Shown: positions 47,884 through 59,116, counted from the first letter of the stretch. The stretch is DNA of 64,000 nt from Planctomycetota bacterium (GCA_965228735.1 OZ245838.1:2720001-2784000); one strand, 5' to 3'. Notes: generated by a model not told the origin, from the sequence alone. Program-made: numbers and translations.

Positions 47884-49107
47884 GTGCATCGACAGCAGAC
47901 GCAGCCACGACGCCGGCGCCGGCCGCTCGAGATCGGCCTCGCCGCCGCGCTGACCGCCGCCTTTGCGCCGCGGCCGGCCGCCGCCCAGGAACCCGCGCCC
48001 GAATCGCCGGCCGCCGAACTCGACGCCGGCCCCCTCCTCGGATTCCACGAGGTCGTCACGGATCGGCCGCGCGTCGTGGCCGTCAAGATCGCCGAGCTCA
48101 CGGGCACCCGGGTGTTCGAGCTCTGCCGCGACGACCGCCGACCCCGCTTGCTCGCGCGCCTCGACCGGAACCACCTGCTGCTGACCCTGAGTCGACGAGA
48201 CGCACTGTTCGTCGTGCACGCACCGAGCGGGCGTCGCCTGGAGATCGTGGAGAACGCGGTGTTCCTCGGCCAGCGCGGCGACGACCTCGTGATCCAGCGG
48301 GCCGGCCAGATCGAACGGGTCTCGTGGCGCGAGCCCACGACCGAGCCCCGCGCGTTCGGCGGCCGCCCGCTGCAACGGGTCGTCCTGCACGACAACCTCG
48401 CGTTCGGAGTCGCGCGACCGGACGACGGCCGGCCGCGGGTCGAGGTCGTCAGCCTCGTGACCGGCAGGAGCCGCGAACTCTGGACCGCGCCGAACGACCG
48501 GAGCCGGTTCCGCCTCGCGCTCTCCCCGGGCGGCCAGTGGCTCGCGGTCGCGGCGATGGACGCTCGGTTTCGTGGCCAGCTCGTCATCCTCGACACCGCG
48601 ACGGGCAAGCCCGTGCGCACGTTCGAGAACCTGGTGGTCGACCTGTCGCCGCTCGCGAGCGGCATGCCGACGCTCGAGGTCGCGTTCGCGGACGACGACC
48701 ACGTCGTCAGCTCGGAGTCCCGGGGCGCACCGCGCGGAATCGGTGGCGAGTTCGTGCACGTGACGCGCAGCGTGCGCACCGGCGAGGTAACGAACGAGGA
48801 GCCCTACGCCCCGCTCGGGGTCCACCACCGCCTCCCCGTTCCCGTCCAGGCCGAACCGCGGTTTCGGCTCGAGCGCGGCCCGCACGAGGTCACGCTGCAC
48901 ACCATCAGTCGGCCCGAGCCGCTCGCCACCCGCGATCGGCAGCACCTGCAGTACGAGGACTTCTCGATCGCGCCCGACGGCGGGTTCGCAGCGGCCCGGC
49001 TCGGCGAGAAGCGGCGCGCGCTGACCGTATTCGCGCCCGACGGCAGCGCCCGAGCCGTGAGCGCCGGCTGGTCCCACGGGCTGATCTGGCTGCCGGCGCA
49101 CCGCTGA
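47884..49107 (+). CDS. Exported hypothetical protein, probably a beta-propeller; start uncertain
   Basis: RRRRR plus hydrophobic AAA signal; ALSPGGQWLAV and SIAPDGGFAA blade-like motifs. Confidence 0.6.
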   Translation: MHRQQTQPRRRRRPLEIGLAAALTAAFAPRPAAAQEPAPESPAAELDAGPLLGFHEVVTDRPRVVAVKIAELTGTRVFELCRDDRRPRLLARLDRNHLLLTLSRRDALFVVHAPSGRRLEIVENAVFLGQRGDDLVIQRAGQIERVSWREPTTEPRAFGGRPLQRVVLHDNLAFGVARPDDGRPRVEVVSLVTGRSRELWTAPNDRSRFRLALSPGGQWLAVAAMDARFRGQLVILDTATGKPVRTFENLVVDLSPLASGMPTLEVAFADDDHVVSSESRGAPRGIGGEFVHVTRSVRTGEVTNEEPYAPLGVHHRLPVPVQAEPRFRLERGPHEVTLHTISRPEPLATRDRQHLQYEDFSIAPDGGFAAARLGEKRRALTVFAPDGSARAVSAGWSHGLIWLPAHR

Positions 49108-49189
49108 CCCCCCGCCGGCGAGAACGCCCGTCAGCGGCTTGCACCCGAAGTTGTCTTTGCCCGGCGACCTGCTATCGTTCGCCTGCTGC

Positions 49190-49828
49190 ATGGGCGCGAC
49201 ACGTCCTTTGACGACCACGGCGCCGCGGACCCCGATCCGCCGGGCGCCTGCAGCGGCAGCCGGACTCGCCGCGGCTGCCAGTCTCCTCGGAGTCACCGCC
49301 GCCTGCGCCGGCGGACCGAACCTCGCGCGCGCGATCACCGTTCGCGAGGGGGAACGCACCACGGTCCGCCTCGTGCAGTTCGACGAGCGCAAGGTCCTGA
49401 CGCTGCAGAACAGCTCGAGCGGTTCGGCCCTCGAGGTCTACCAGGACAGCGACGACCCCCTCGTGAAGGTGCTGCCCGACGCGGACATGCAGCGGCTGCT
49501 CGACGTGTTCGCCGAGGCCGAGATGTTCCAGACCGCGAGCAGTTCGGCCCCCGCCGAGGCCAAGAACGCGCTGATCGTCGATCACGGCGGCAGCCGCTTC
49601 GTGTTCCACCTGCGCGGCATGCCGCAGGATCGGATGCAGCGCTACCTCGAGGCCAAGGCCTACTTCGTCACGGTCTACAGCAACGCCGAGTCGTTCCACT
49701 CGGCGAAGATCAACCGCATGGACCTCGAGAACGAGAAGCACCGGGCCCGCTACGAGGCGGTCCAGTCGCGGCGCAAACTCGGCAGCGGCGGCAGCGGCAA
49801 CGACGACGGCCGGGGGCGCGGCCAGTGA
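49190..49828 (+). CDS. Hypothetical lipoprotein
   Basis: TAAC lipobox; overlaps the kdsB start; candidate TTGTCT-N16-TATCGT promoter at 49151-49178. Confidence 0.7.
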   Translation: MGATRPLTTTAPRTPIRRAPAAAAGLAAAASLLGVTAACAGGPNLARAITVREGERTTVRLVQFDERKVLTLQNSSSGSALEVYQDSDDPLVKVLPDADMQRLLDVFAEAEMFQTASSSAPAEAKNALIVDHGGSRFVFHLRGMPQDRMQRYLEAKAYFVTVYSNAESFHSAKINRMDLENEKHRARYEAVQSRRKLGSGGSGNDDGRGRGQ

Positions 49829-50577
49829 CCCTCGGCGCCGTCGCGATCGTGCCGGTGCGCGTCGGCAGCCAGCGACTCCCGGGCAAGGCTCTCCTCGAAG
49901 AAAGCGGTCGGCCGCTGTTCCTCCACACGTGCGAGCCGGCGCAACGAGCGGCCCGGATCGACAAGGTCTACGTCGCGACCGACGACGATGCGGTCGAGGC
50001 GGCCGCTCGCGCGGCCGACATCGAGGTCGTGCGCACGAGCCCGGACTGCCGTACGGGCAGCGAACGCTGCGCCGAGGCCGCGCGGTCGATCGACTGCCGC
50101 GCGGTGCTCGACATCCAGGGCGACTGGCCCGAGGTCGCGCCGTCCGACCTCGACGCGCTCGCGGATCAGCTCCTGAGCGGCGCGGCCGAGTGCAACACGC
50201 TCGCGGCCGAGCTGCACGATCAGGCCAGGATCGACGACTTCAACGTCGTCAAGGTCGTCTGCGGCGTGAGCCGCAAGGCGCTCTACTTCAGCCGCGCGGC
50301 CATCCCGTTCCGGCGCACTGCCGTCGAGGGCGCACCCGGCACGGCGCCACTGCGGCGCCACATCGGGGTCTACGGTTTCACGCGCGACGTCCTGCTGCGC
50401 GTTCCGGAACTGCCGAGCAGCGGGCTCGCCGAGACCGAGAGCCTCGAGCAACTGCGCTTCCTCGAGAACGACATCAGCATCCACGTCATCGACGCCGCGG
50501 GCGATCCCTGGGGCATCGAGACGCGCGCGGACTACGACGCCTGGCTGCAGCGCCGCACCGACAGATCAGCATCATGA
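49825..50577 (+). CDS. kdsB: 3-deoxy-manno-octulosonate cytidylyltransferase
   Basis: [42 protein letters not shown]. Confidence 0.93.
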   Translation: MTLGAVAIVPVRVGSQRLPGKALLEESGRPLFLHTCEPAQRAARIDKVYVATDDDAVEAAARAADIEVVRTSPDCRTGSERCAEAARSIDCRAVLDIQGDWPEVAPSDLDALADQLLSGAAECNTLAAELHDQARIDDFNVVKVVCGVSRKALYFSRAAIPFRRTAVEGAPGTAPLRRHIGVYGFTRDVLLRVPELPSSGLAETESLEQLRFLENDISIHVIDAAGDPWGIETRADYDAWLQRRTDRSAS

Positions 50578-52202
50578 CCAAGTACATCTTCGTGACCGGC
50601 GGCGTCGTCTCGTCGCTCGGCAAGGGCCTGACCTCGGCGGCGATCGGCTGGCTGCTCGAACGCCACGGCCTCAAGGTGTCGATGCAGAAGCTCGACCCCT
50701 ACATCAACGTCGACCCCGGCACGATGTCGCCGTTCCAGCACGGCGAGGTCTACGTGACGGACGACGGCACCGAGGCCGACCTCGACCTCGGTCACTACGA
50801 ACGCTTCACGAGCGCGCGGATCAACAAGGACAGCAACTACACGACGGGCAAGATCTACAAGTCCGTCATCCAGAAGGAGCGCCGCGGCGACTACCTCGGC
50901 AAGACGGTGCAGGTGATCCCCCACATCACCGACGAGATCAAGATGGGGATCCGGGCCGGCGCCGCGCCGAGCGACGGCGAACCCGCGCCCGACGTCGCGA
51001 TCACCGAGATCGGTGGCACCGTCGGCGACATCGAGAGCCTGCCGTTCCTCGAGGCCATCCGTCAGTTCAGCCTCGAGCAGGGGCCGAACGACTGCATGTT
51101 CATCCACCTGACGCTGCTGCCCTACCTGCGCGCGTCGGGCGAGCTCAAGACCAAGCCGACGCAGCAGTCGGTCGGCAAGCTGCGGGAGATCGGCATCCAG
51201 CCCGACGTCCTCGTGTGCCGCACCGAGGTCGCGATGGAGCCGGACATGCCGAAGAAGATCTCGCTCTTCTGCAACGTCCGTCCCGAGGACGTGATCGAGG
51301 AGAAGGACGTCAGCTTCTCGATCTACGAGGTCCCGCTCATGTTGCGCGACTCGGGCCTCGACCGCCGCATCCTGTCGCACCTGTCGATCGAGCCGCGTCA
51401 GGAGGTCGACGTCAGCGACTGGCAACAGCTGCTCGCGACGGTGAAACAACCCGACCACGAGATCGAGATCGCGGTCGCCGGCAAGTACATCGCGCTGCAC
51501 GACGCCTACAAGTCGATCTATGAATCGCTGAGCCACGCGGGCATCGCCAACTCGTGCAAGGTCAACCTGCGCAAGGTCTCGGCCGAGCAGGTGGCCAATG
51601 AAGGCGCCGACGGCCTGCTCGACGGTGTCGACGGCATCCTCGTCCCCGGCGGCTTCGGCGAGCGCGGGTTCGAGGGCAAGATCGCGAGTATCAGCTACGC
51701 CAGGAAGCACAAGATCCCGTTCCTCGGCATCTGCTACGGCATGCAGGCGGCCGTCGTCGAGTTCGCCCGCAACGACCTCGGCATCACCGATGCGACGACG
51801 ACTGAGTACGACAGCAACGCGAGCAACCCCGTGATCTCGCTCATGGAGGAGCAGAAGCAGCGCAGCGATATGGGCGGCACGATGCGACTCGGCGCTTTCG
51901 AGTGCCGGCTCACCCCCGGCACGCACAGCCACCGCGCCTACGGCAAGGACACGATCCACGAACGCCACCGCCACCGTTACGAATTCAACAACGCCTATCG
52001 CGAACAGTTCGAAGCGAAGGGCTTCGTGCTCGCCGGCACCAACCCCAAGCACGGCCTCGCCGAGATCGTCGAGGTGCCGGACCACCCGTGGTTCGTCGGC
52101 GTGCAGTACCACCCCGAGTTCAAGACGCAGCCGCTGCAGGCGCACCCGCTGTTCCGCGACTTCGTGAAGGCCGCGATCGCCTACCAGGGCGAGAACCGGT
52201 AG
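50574..52202 (+). CDS. pyrG: CTP synthase
   Basis: [39 protein letters not shown]. Confidence 0.99.
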   Translation: MTKYIFVTGGVVSSLGKGLTSAAIGWLLERHGLKVSMQKLDPYINVDPGTMSPFQHGEVYVTDDGTEADLDLGHYERFTSARINKDSNYTTGKIYKSVIQKERRGDYLGKTVQVIPHITDEIKMGIRAGAAPSDGEPAPDVAITEIGGTVGDIESLPFLEAIRQFSLEQGPNDCMFIHLTLLPYLRASGELKTKPTQQSVGKLREIGIQPDVLVCRTEVAMEPDMPKKISLFCNVRPEDVIEEKDVSFSIYEVPLMLRDSGLDRRILSHLSIEPRQEVDVSDWQQLLATVKQPDHEIEIAVAGKYIALHDAYKSIYESLSHAGIANSCKVNLRKVSAEQVANEGADGLLDGVDGILVPGGFGERGFEGKIASISYARKHKIPFLGICYGMQAAVVEFARNDLGITDATTTEYDSNASNPVISLMEEQKQRSDMGGTMRLGAFECRLTPGTHSHRAYGKDTIHERHRHRYEFNNAYREQFEAKGFVLAGTNPKHGLAEIVEVPDHPWFVGVQYHPEFKTQPLQAHPLFRDFVKAAIAYQGENR

Positions 52203-52216
52203 CAGCAGGAACGCCG

Positions 52217-52840
52217 ATGACCGCGACCTTCTCGTTCCTCGTCGACACCTATCGGACGGAGATCGAGAAGACCCTGTCGGTGTGGACGATGGCCGCGGGG
52301 GGCGGCGCGGATCTGCTGCAACGCCCGCGCGCCGGCGACCGCCGCGGCCGCAACCTGCTCGAGCACATGGTGCACCAGTGCCAGTCCGAGCACGGCTGGT
52401 TCCAGAACATGCTCGGCATCGCGACCGCGGGCGAAGTGTTGCCGACCGACGAGACCGTCGCGGGGTTCGTCGCGACCTACGCGGCCGCTGCGACCGCACG
52501 GCTCTGCGCACTCGAGAGCCAGACCGAGCCGTGGTGGCTCGAGAACGTGAAGTTCTTCGACGTCGAACGCTCACGCGCGTGGGTCCTCGTTCGCCGCATC
52601 GCCCACTCCGCGCACCATCGCGGCCAGCAGACGAGCCTGCTGCGGGCGCAGGGCATCGCGCTCTACTCGACGTATGGCCCCACGGCGGACACCGGCGGAC
52701 TCGGCCCCGACGGCGCGCCCGTGATCTACCGGCACCCGGACACGACCGCGCTGCTGCGCGGCGAGGTGCCAGAGCCATTCCGTGAGCTGCCGCCCGCGAC
52801 CGAGCGGCGCGTCACCGAGCGACCCGACGACGCCGAGTAG
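52217..52840 (+). CDS. DinB family protein
   Basis: EHMVHQ..SE and RRIAHSAHHRGQ metal-binding His motifs; STYGPTAD. Confidence 0.85.
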   Translation: MTATFSFLVDTYRTEIEKTLSVWTMAAGGGADLLQRPRAGDRRGRNLLEHMVHQCQSEHGWFQNMLGIATAGEVLPTDETVAGFVATYAAAATARLCALESQTEPWWLENVKFFDVERSRAWVLVRRIAHSAHHRGQQTSLLRAQGIALYSTYGPTADTGGLGPDGAPVIYRHPDTTALLRGEVPEPFRELPPATERRVTERPDDAE

Positions 52841-52862
52841 CGCGCCGACCGCGACCGCTCCG

Positions 52863-53981
52863 CTACTTGCCGCCCTTGCGCCAGATGTCGCGGAACGCCT
52901 TGTAGGCCTCGTTCTTCGGATCCAGCTCGAGCGCCTTCTCGATCAGCTCGAACGCCTCCTTGCGCTTCGTGGCGGCATACATCACGCCGGCGTGCCGCGA
53001 GTAGACACCCGCGAGCCAGGCGTTGTCCGGCGTCTTCTTGACCGCCTTCTCCGCGGCTTCGAGCGTCTCCTTCGAGATCTTCACGCCGAGCTTGATGATG
53101 CTCTTGTCGATCTTGTCGAGGTCGTCCTGCCGCTGGTAGATGATGTCCTGCATGCGCTGGCCGAACGACAGCACCTCGTCGTCGGGGATGTCCTTCCACG
53201 CCTTCGACGCGAGCTTCGCGGCCTCCTTGAGGTTGTCGCGGCCGTACTCGATCCGCGCCATCTGGTCGTAGCCGAGGAACTTCACGCGCTTGTTGCGCTG
53301 CTGGGCGAGGAACTTGCGCAGCGGCTCGAGGTCCCAGTCGGTGTTCGCCGTGCCGGGCTTCATCGTCTCCTGGAACAGCTTGAGCAGCATCGCCTCGGCG
53401 ACGTGCTCGTTCCTGCCCTTGGGATCGAGTGCGATCATCGCGTCCACGACCTTCATCGCGCCATCCGCGTCACCGATCGCCCGCAGCTTGGTCACGAGGC
53501 TGGCGCCGCTCTCGAAGTCCTTCGGATCGTCCGCGATCGCCTGGCGCAGCCCCGCGATCGTGCCCTTGCCGCTCGCGACGCGTTCGAGCTCCTGGCGGAA
53601 CTCGTCGGCCGGCGAGTAGCCCTCGATCAGGTCGACGATGTCGCCGTTGGGCTTCACGAAGACGACCGTCGGGACGTTCTGCACGTTGTACTTCTCGAAC
53701 AGCGGCGTGCCGATGTCGGTCTCGGCCTCGGCCCCCATGCACACGTACTTCGAGAGCTCGGCGATGACCGTCGGATCCGCCATCGTGCCGCCGAACATCG
53801 ACGTGCACGCGTTGTGGTCCTTGCGCCAAAAGTAGAGCATGACCATCTCGCCGCGCTCCTTCTCGGCCGCGATGCGCGCGCCGTCGAAGTCGTCGGTCCA
53901 CCACTTGACGCCCTGCGCGGGCAGCGTCGCCGCGGCTGCGAGTAGGAACAGAACGAACGAACGGAGCGGTGTCAGGCGCAT
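52863..53981 (-). CDS. Exported thioredoxin-fold plus TPR protein, with HNAC in place of CxxC
   Basis: Signal MRLTPLRSFVLFLLAAAATLPAQ; YNVQNVPTVVFVKPNG (cis-Pro loop); C-terminal TPR IEKALELDP. Confidence 0.8.
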   Translation of the reverse strand: MRLTPLRSFVLFLLAAAATLPAQGVKWWTDDFDGARIAAEKERGEMVMLYFWRKDHNACTSMFGGTMADPTVIAELSKYVCMGAEAETDIGTPLFEKYNVQNVPTVVFVKPNGDIVDLIEGYSPADEFRQELERVASGKGTIAGLRQAIADDPKDFESGASLVTKLRAIGDADGAMKVVDAMIALDPKGRNEHVAEAMLLKLFQETMKPGTANTDWDLEPLRKFLAQQRNKRVKFLGYDQMARIEYGRDNLKEAAKLASKAWKDIPDDEVLSFGQRMQDIIYQRQDDLDKIDKSIIKLGVKISKETLEAAEKAVKKTPDNAWLAGVYSRHAGVMYAATKRKEAFELIEKALELDPKNEAYKAFRDIWRKGGK

Positions 53982-54101
53982 GGCGACAGTCGGAGGCGAT
54001 GGTCGGGAGCGATATTCGGATTGGGGGCGGCGAACGGCCGTGGGACGGACATCGTAAAGGGCCGGCTGATCGCGGGCCAGCGTCCGCGCTACGATGGCCG
54101 C

Positions 54102-55889
54102 ATGAGAACGGCTGCGCTCTTGCCTTTCGTTGCAGCGGTGACCCTGGCCGCGCTCGCGGTGGCCCAGGGGCCGGATCGGGAACCCGGTCAGGACCCCGGC
54201 GCGCCCCCGCCGCTCGCCCGGCTGACCGGCGTCGTGCTCGACTCGCACTCGCAGCCGGTGCCGGCCGCGCTCGTGACTGCGGAGCAAGACGGGGCCGTCG
54301 TGCGCCAGACGCGCACCGACGCGACGGGGCTCTTCGTGCTCACGAACCTGCCGCGCGAGGGCCTCGTGGTGCGCGCCACCACGACGGGGAAGGCGCCACT
54401 CGTGGGCGCCCAACGGCTGCAGGCGATCGATCTGCGCGCCGGCACGGTCGAGATCCGCACGATGCCGGCCCGCCGGGTCACGGGCGTATTGCGTGGTCCG
54501 GACGGCCAGCCGCTCGCGGGCGCCTGGGTCGCGCTGTCTCCCACGGGCTTCGCCGCGCTCGGAGCGCTCGCCTCGGCGACGACTACGGACGAACGCGGAG
54601 CCTTCGGGTTCGAACTCGCCGCCTGCGGGCCGCTCGCGCTCCGCGCGTGGGCTAGAGGCTGCGCGGGCTTCGCGCAGACGATTCCGACCGGCACCGAGCC
54701 CGTCGAGCTCGAGTGCAGCATGCCGGATACGACGATCGTCGAACACACCTTCCGTCTCGATGATGCGGCGGTCGCGCGCGCGCACCGCTTCGAGTTCGGG
54801 GTGCGGGCAGTCGCGGGCGGCTCGGAGATACTGATGCCGGAAGCCGCGGTGACGGCCGCCGTCGAGAACGGTCGCTGGCTGGTGCGCGGTTGGCCCAGAG
54901 CGGACTCGATGCAGGCGGCGCTGCGCTCGCCCACGATCGCGACCGAGCCGATGTGGCAGGAGATCGTCGCCGACTCCGGCGACCGCACGAAGACGTTCTA
55001 CCACCAGGTCGGCGACAGCGGCTTCATCCGCGGCAAGCTGCGCGGCGAGGACGGCGTCGCGCTCGGCGGTCAACAGCTCGCGGTGCGGGGCTGGTTCAAG
55101 GGCCAGGAGCGCAGGACGTACGGCACGTCGGCCGCGGACGGCTCGTTCCGCCTGATGGCCCCGGTCGGCGACGGCGACGGCTTCGTGATCGAATGCCTGG
55201 ACGACGGCTACGTTCTCGTCGACGACTCGGAGCCGCGCGGTCTGCGCGTCGCCGGCCTGCAGCATCGGAGCTATCTCAGACGCAAGCACCGCGAGGGCGC
55301 CGATCACGATCTCCTGCTGACCCGTGCGGCCACGATCACGGCAACGATCCTGACGAGCTCGGGTGAGCCCTTTGCCGGTGCGAGAGTCGACATTCAACTC
55401 GTGCCGCCGAACAAGATGATGCGGGTGCTCGGTCGCCGGCGGGGCGGCGCGATGGTCGAGGTCAGCCCATGGGCGATCCATCGACGGGCGGATCCTCGCG
55501 GCGACTTGCGGGTAGCGGGCATCGATCTCGAAGCCAACAGCGAGTTCGGCCTGCAGATCGGTGGCCACCGCGGGTGGGCCGAAGTCCTCGTGCCGGTCGC
55601 CAGCGACCGCGTCGACGTCGGCGAGATCCACTGCGAAGCAGGTGCGACCCTGCAAGGCGTCGTGTTCTCGTCCACCGGCTGGCCGGCGCCCGGCGCCACC
55701 GTGCGCGTGATCACGTTCCGCGGCGTCGAGCGGGTTCACATCCTCCATACCGACCGCGCCGGCCGTTTCACCCTCACCGGCCTGCCGCCCGGAACGTGCG
55801 ACGTTGCGCTCCTGACCACCGACGGGGACCATCGCGGCCAGGCTCTGAAGCTCCCGGAATCCGGCACGGCGACCGTCGAGCTCCGCTGA
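54102..55889 (+). CDS. Exported protein with carboxypeptidase-regulatory-like beta-sandwich repeats
   Basis: Signal peptide; repeated GVV.D..G.P..GA.V...TD..G.F units. Confidence 0.8.
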   Translation: MRTAALLPFVAAVTLAALAVAQGPDREPGQDPGAPPPLARLTGVVLDSHSQPVPAALVTAEQDGAVVRQTRTDATGLFVLTNLPREGLVVRATTTGKAPLVGAQRLQAIDLRAGTVEIRTMPARRVTGVLRGPDGQPLAGAWVALSPTGFAALGALASATTTDERGAFGFELAACGPLALRAWARGCAGFAQTIPTGTEPVELECSMPDTTIVEHTFRLDDAAVARAHRFEFGVRAVAGGSEILMPEAAVTAAVENGRWLVRGWPRADSMQAALRSPTIATEPMWQEIVADSGDRTKTFYHQVGDSGFIRGKLRGEDGVALGGQQLAVRGWFKGQERRTYGTSAADGSFRLMAPVGDGDGFVIECLDDGYVLVDDSEPRGLRVAGLQHRSYLRRKHREGADHDLLLTRAATITATILTSSGEPFAGARVDIQLVPPNKMMRVLGRRRGGAMVEVSPWAIHRRADPRGDLRVAGIDLEANSEFGLQIGGHRGWAEVLVPVASDRVDVGEIHCEAGATLQGVVFSSTGWPAPGATVRVITFRGVERVHILHTDRAGRFTLTGLPPGTCDVALLTTDGDHRGQALKLPESGTATVELR

Positions 55890-55925
55890 CCAACCTCTCG
55901 CCAACGACCAAGCAAGGACAAGACC

Positions 55926-56396
55926 ATGGACATGCCCCGCCCGACCGACGCCCACCAGAAACTCGAACGCCTCGCCGGCACCTGGACCGGCGAAGAGAAC
56001 ATGCACCCGTCCGAGTGGCTCCCCGACGGCGGCAAGGCTCAGGGCGTCACGACGAGCCGGAAGGCCCTCGCGGGCTTCTCCGTCGTCACCGACTACGAGC
56101 AGTCGATGGGCGGCAACGTCACGTTCCAGGGCCACGGCATCTACACGATCGACCAGCAGACGCAGGACGTCGTGCTGCACTGGTTCGACAGCCTCGGCGG
56201 CGGCCACGAGGAGTTCCGCGGCAACTGGACGAGCGCGGACCAGCTCGTGCTGCGGAGCAAGAGCCCGATGATGGGTCACATGCGCATGACGACCGACTTC
56301 CGCACGGATGGGACGATGGGGTCGAAGATGGAGAACTCGCAGGACGGCGAGACCTGGCGCACGATGTTCGACGCGGTCTACACCAACGAGGCGTGA
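55926..56396 (+). CDS. DUF1579-like protein
   Basis: MPRPTDAHQKLERLAGTWTG...FQGHG...WFDS; RBS AAGGA. Confidence 0.75.
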   Translation: MDMPRPTDAHQKLERLAGTWTGEENMHPSEWLPDGGKAQGVTTSRKALAGFSVVTDYEQSMGGNVTFQGHGIYTIDQQTQDVVLHWFDSLGGGHEEFRGNWTSADQLVLRSKSPMMGHMRMTTDFRTDGTMGSKMENSQDGETWRTMFDAVYTNEA

Positions 56397-57865
56397 TGCG
56401 AAGCGCTGCCGCTGCGCTGTCGATGGCCACTGTCCTGGCGCACACGGCAACCGGGCAGGCCCCGATCGCAAGACTCAGCGGCGTCGTGCTCGACCCGCAC
56501 AGCGAACCCGTGATCGCCGGCCGGGTGACCGTCGAGGTCGACGGGGCCGTGCTCAGCCAGGCGTTCACGGACGCCACGGGGCGCTTCGTCGTGAAGGATG
56601 TCCCGCGAGAGGGCGCCGTCGTGCGCGTGACGACGCGGGAGCCGACCGTCGGCGCGACGTTCGTCGACCGGGAGGTGCAATGGGCGGGCATGGTCCAGAT
56701 CCAGACGATGCCGGCGCGCCAACTCACGGGCCGCGTCGAGGCCGACGGCGAGCCGGTCCCCGGCGCCTGGGTCGCAGCCTCGCCGTTCGGCCCGACGATG
56801 CTCGGCGCGCTCGCGGTCGCGACCACGACGCGAGCCGACGGCACGTTCGAGCTGCCGTGCGTGCCGTGCCGAGCAATCACGGTGCGCGCCTGGACGAAGG
56901 GTCGCTACGGGCTCGAGACCGCGGTCGACGCGAGTTCGGCCAAGGCCTCGGAGCTCGTCTGCGAGCTGCCGTATCCGGCCGAGGTCGAGCACACGGTCGA
57001 AATCGTCGGCGCCGACGCGGACGCACTCAACGACGCCCGCCTCACGGTGGTCGCGAGCCACGCCGGCCCGCGTGTACTGCTGCCGCCCGAACTAGCCCAG
57101 CCGCGACCCGAGGCACCCGGCCGTTGGCGCCTGTGCGGCTGGCCGCTGTCGGATGACCTCGAGCTCCGGGTCGAGTCGACTACGATGCCGAACGGCCGGG
57201 CCACGCAACGAATCGAGCCGTTCCATGCCGGCAGGCGTTGGACCTTCGATGCCGCCAGCGATTCACCAGCGACGCCGCATCGCCCTCCCGAGTACGACAC
57301 CGATACCCCACTCCCGACGCCGATCCATGCGACGATCTCGAGTGTCAAGGGCGATCCGGTCGTGGGGGCGACCGTCATCGCCGTCCCACTCGACCGTCCC
57401 GAGCAAACAGCACGGCAACGGCTCCGCAGTTACCGGCGCAATCGCCGACTCATCGGAACCACGAACCTCCGCGGCGAGCTCGTGATCCAACCGTTCTACC
57501 CGGGCGAGACCGAGTACGTGCTGCATATCAGCAGCCCTGCCGGCTGGGCGGAGGAACCGTTTCGAAAGAACGGCGACGAGGTGATCGACCTCGGCGTGCT
57601 TCGCTGCCGCGCGGGCGCGACGTTACGCGGCGTCGTCCGGAACCACACCGGCGCTGTGCGCCCCGCCGCCCTGCTGCGCATCTCGACCTTTGAACCGACA
57701 CCTCGCGATCGATTCGTGATGACGGATCGCGAAGGCCGCTTCTCGGTGACGGGGCTGCCGCCGGGTGAAACAGTGGTCACCCACCTCGCGGGCTCATACG
57801 AGCTGGAGTCGAACCCCGTCCAACTGCCGAAGTCGGGCGCGGTCGACGTGACCCTCGACCGCTGA
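56396..57865 (+). CDS. Exported carboxypeptidase-regulatory-like repeat protein (paralogue of 54102-55889)
   Basis: ARLSGVVLDPHSEPV...TMPAR...GAWVA...TDREGRF.VTGLPPG is collinear with the upstream paralogue; TGATG coupling. Confidence 0.8.
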   Translation: MRSAAAALSMATVLAHTATGQAPIARLSGVVLDPHSEPVIAGRVTVEVDGAVLSQAFTDATGRFVVKDVPREGAVVRVTTREPTVGATFVDREVQWAGMVQIQTMPARQLTGRVEADGEPVPGAWVAASPFGPTMLGALAVATTTRADGTFELPCVPCRAITVRAWTKGRYGLETAVDASSAKASELVCELPYPAEVEHTVEIVGADADALNDARLTVVASHAGPRVLLPPELAQPRPEAPGRWRLCGWPLSDDLELRVESTTMPNGRATQRIEPFHAGRRWTFDAASDSPATPHRPPEYDTDTPLPTPIHATISSVKGDPVVGATVIAVPLDRPEQTARQRLRSYRRNRRLIGTTNLRGELVIQPFYPGETEYVLHISSPAGWAEEPFRKNGDEVIDLGVLRCRAGATLRGVVRNHTGAVRPAALLRISTFEPTPRDRFVMTDREGRFSVTGLPPGETVVTHLAGSYELESNPVQLPKSGAVDVTLDR

Positions 57866-57868
57866 CCG

Positions 57869-59116
57869 TCACTCCTGCCAGTGGCGCAGGGCGAAGTCGA
57901 GGTACTGCTGCCAGTCGTAGGCCGTGATGTTGTGGCTCCCGACGCGCACGTGGTAGCCGACGTGATCGCCGACCGGCGTGTTTGCCGCGGGCCATGCCTG
58001 CACACCGAGCGCCTCGAGACCGTAGGCCTCCCACGCGGGTGCGGCGTGCACGCACGCCAGGAACTCGCCCTCCGGATCCGCCCAGGTGTCGCGGCTCGCG
58101 CTGCCGACGTAGACCGCCCGCGGTGCCGACAGCGCGATGAGCATGTGCTGATCGACCGGGCAGGTCGTCGGGTCGTTCGCGTAGCGTCGATACGTCGGCG
58201 TGAACCAGTGCGGGAACCGCGACGTGATCGCGGCCGTGGTCTCACCGACCGGCCGCCGCATGAGGGCGGCGCCGCCCTCGCCCGAGTTGTTGGAGACGAC
58301 GACGTCGAAGCGGGGATCCAGCGCGCCGGCCCAGAGCGCCGTCTTGCCGAGCCGGGAATGGCCGAGCACCGCGAGGCGCTTCGCATCGACCGTGACCTCG
58401 CGTTCGAGGTAGTCGGCGATGAGGCGGAGACCCTGCGCCCATGCCGCGATCGCCCCCCACTGCCCGGGCCGCCACTCGGTCGCCGCCCCCCGCGGTGAGG
58501 CCGCACCGCGCAGTCCGACGCGGAAGCCATCGGGCCGATCCGGCTCGATGTCCTCGTACCACGCCGTCGCCACGGCAATGCCGCGCTGCATCGCGAGCGC
58601 GAGCGGCCACCGCGCCACGCGGTGGCCGCGGGCGTGCTCGTTGCCGTCCGGGATCGGCACGGCCGGATCGTCGACGAGGGTGTGGTTGCCGCGGAAGTTG
58701 AGGCCGACGACGCACGGCACGGGCCAGTCCGCGCCGTTCGGCACGTGGACCATGAGCTCGAACCCGTCCCACTTCGGCACGGCTGGCAGCGTGACCCGAA
58801 CGCGCACGCGCGTCGCGACGCCATCGAGCGCCTTCGGTTCGGTGTGCAGCACCTCGAACGCCGGTTCGCCGAGGCCCGGCGGCACGCGGCCGTAGACGTG
58901 GTGTTCGAACAACCCGCGGATCTCGTCGCGGCGCGTCGCCTCCCAGTTCGCCTTGGACCGCACGCCCAACGGCGGCAGCCCGAGCAGGTCGACCGGCGCC
59001 GTCGCCTCTGCCTTCGCCGGGGGCGGCACGGGCTTGCCGCGCGGCGACACGCGCGCGCTGCTGCAGCCAACGGCGACGGCAACGAACACCGCGAACAGGA
59101 GAACGATGGCGCGCAT
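57869..59116 (-). CDS. CE15 family glucuronoyl esterase-like lipoprotein
   Basis: AVGC lipobox; WGAIAAWA, GHSRLGKTAL, SGEGG, PVDQHMLIAL.APR, WADP.GE. Confidence 0.9.
   Translation of the reverse strand: MRAIVLLFAVFVAVAVGCSSARVSPRGKPVPPPAKAEATAPVDLLGLPPLGVRSKANWEATRRDEIRGLFEHHVYGRVPPGLGEPAFEVLHTEPKALDGVATRVRVRVTLPAVPKWDGFELMVHVPNGADWPVPCVVGLNFRGNHTLVDDPAVPIPDGNEHARGHRVARWPLALAMQRGIAVATAWYEDIEPDRPDGFRVGLRGAASPRGAATEWRPGQWGAIAAWAQGLRLIADYLEREVTVDAKRLAVLGHSRLGKTALWAGALDPRFDVVVSNNSGEGGAALMRRPVGETTAAITSRFPHWFTPTYRRYANDPTTCPVDQHMLIALSAPRAVYVGSASRDTWADPEGEFLACVHAAPAWEAYGLEALGVQAWPAANTPVGDHVGYHVRVGSHNITAYDWQQYLDFALRHWQE

Noticed and set aside
50116..50523. KdsB motif variants QGDWP and GIET as evidence of inactivation
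   Set aside because: Other motifs are intact, the ORF is uninterrupted and coupled to pyrG, and the D-to-E change is conservative. The evidence is too weak without an alignment.
52863..56471. 1202-aa ORF as one protein
   Set aside because: Only the last ~372 aa from ATG 53981 look real. The rest is antisense to plus-strand genes.
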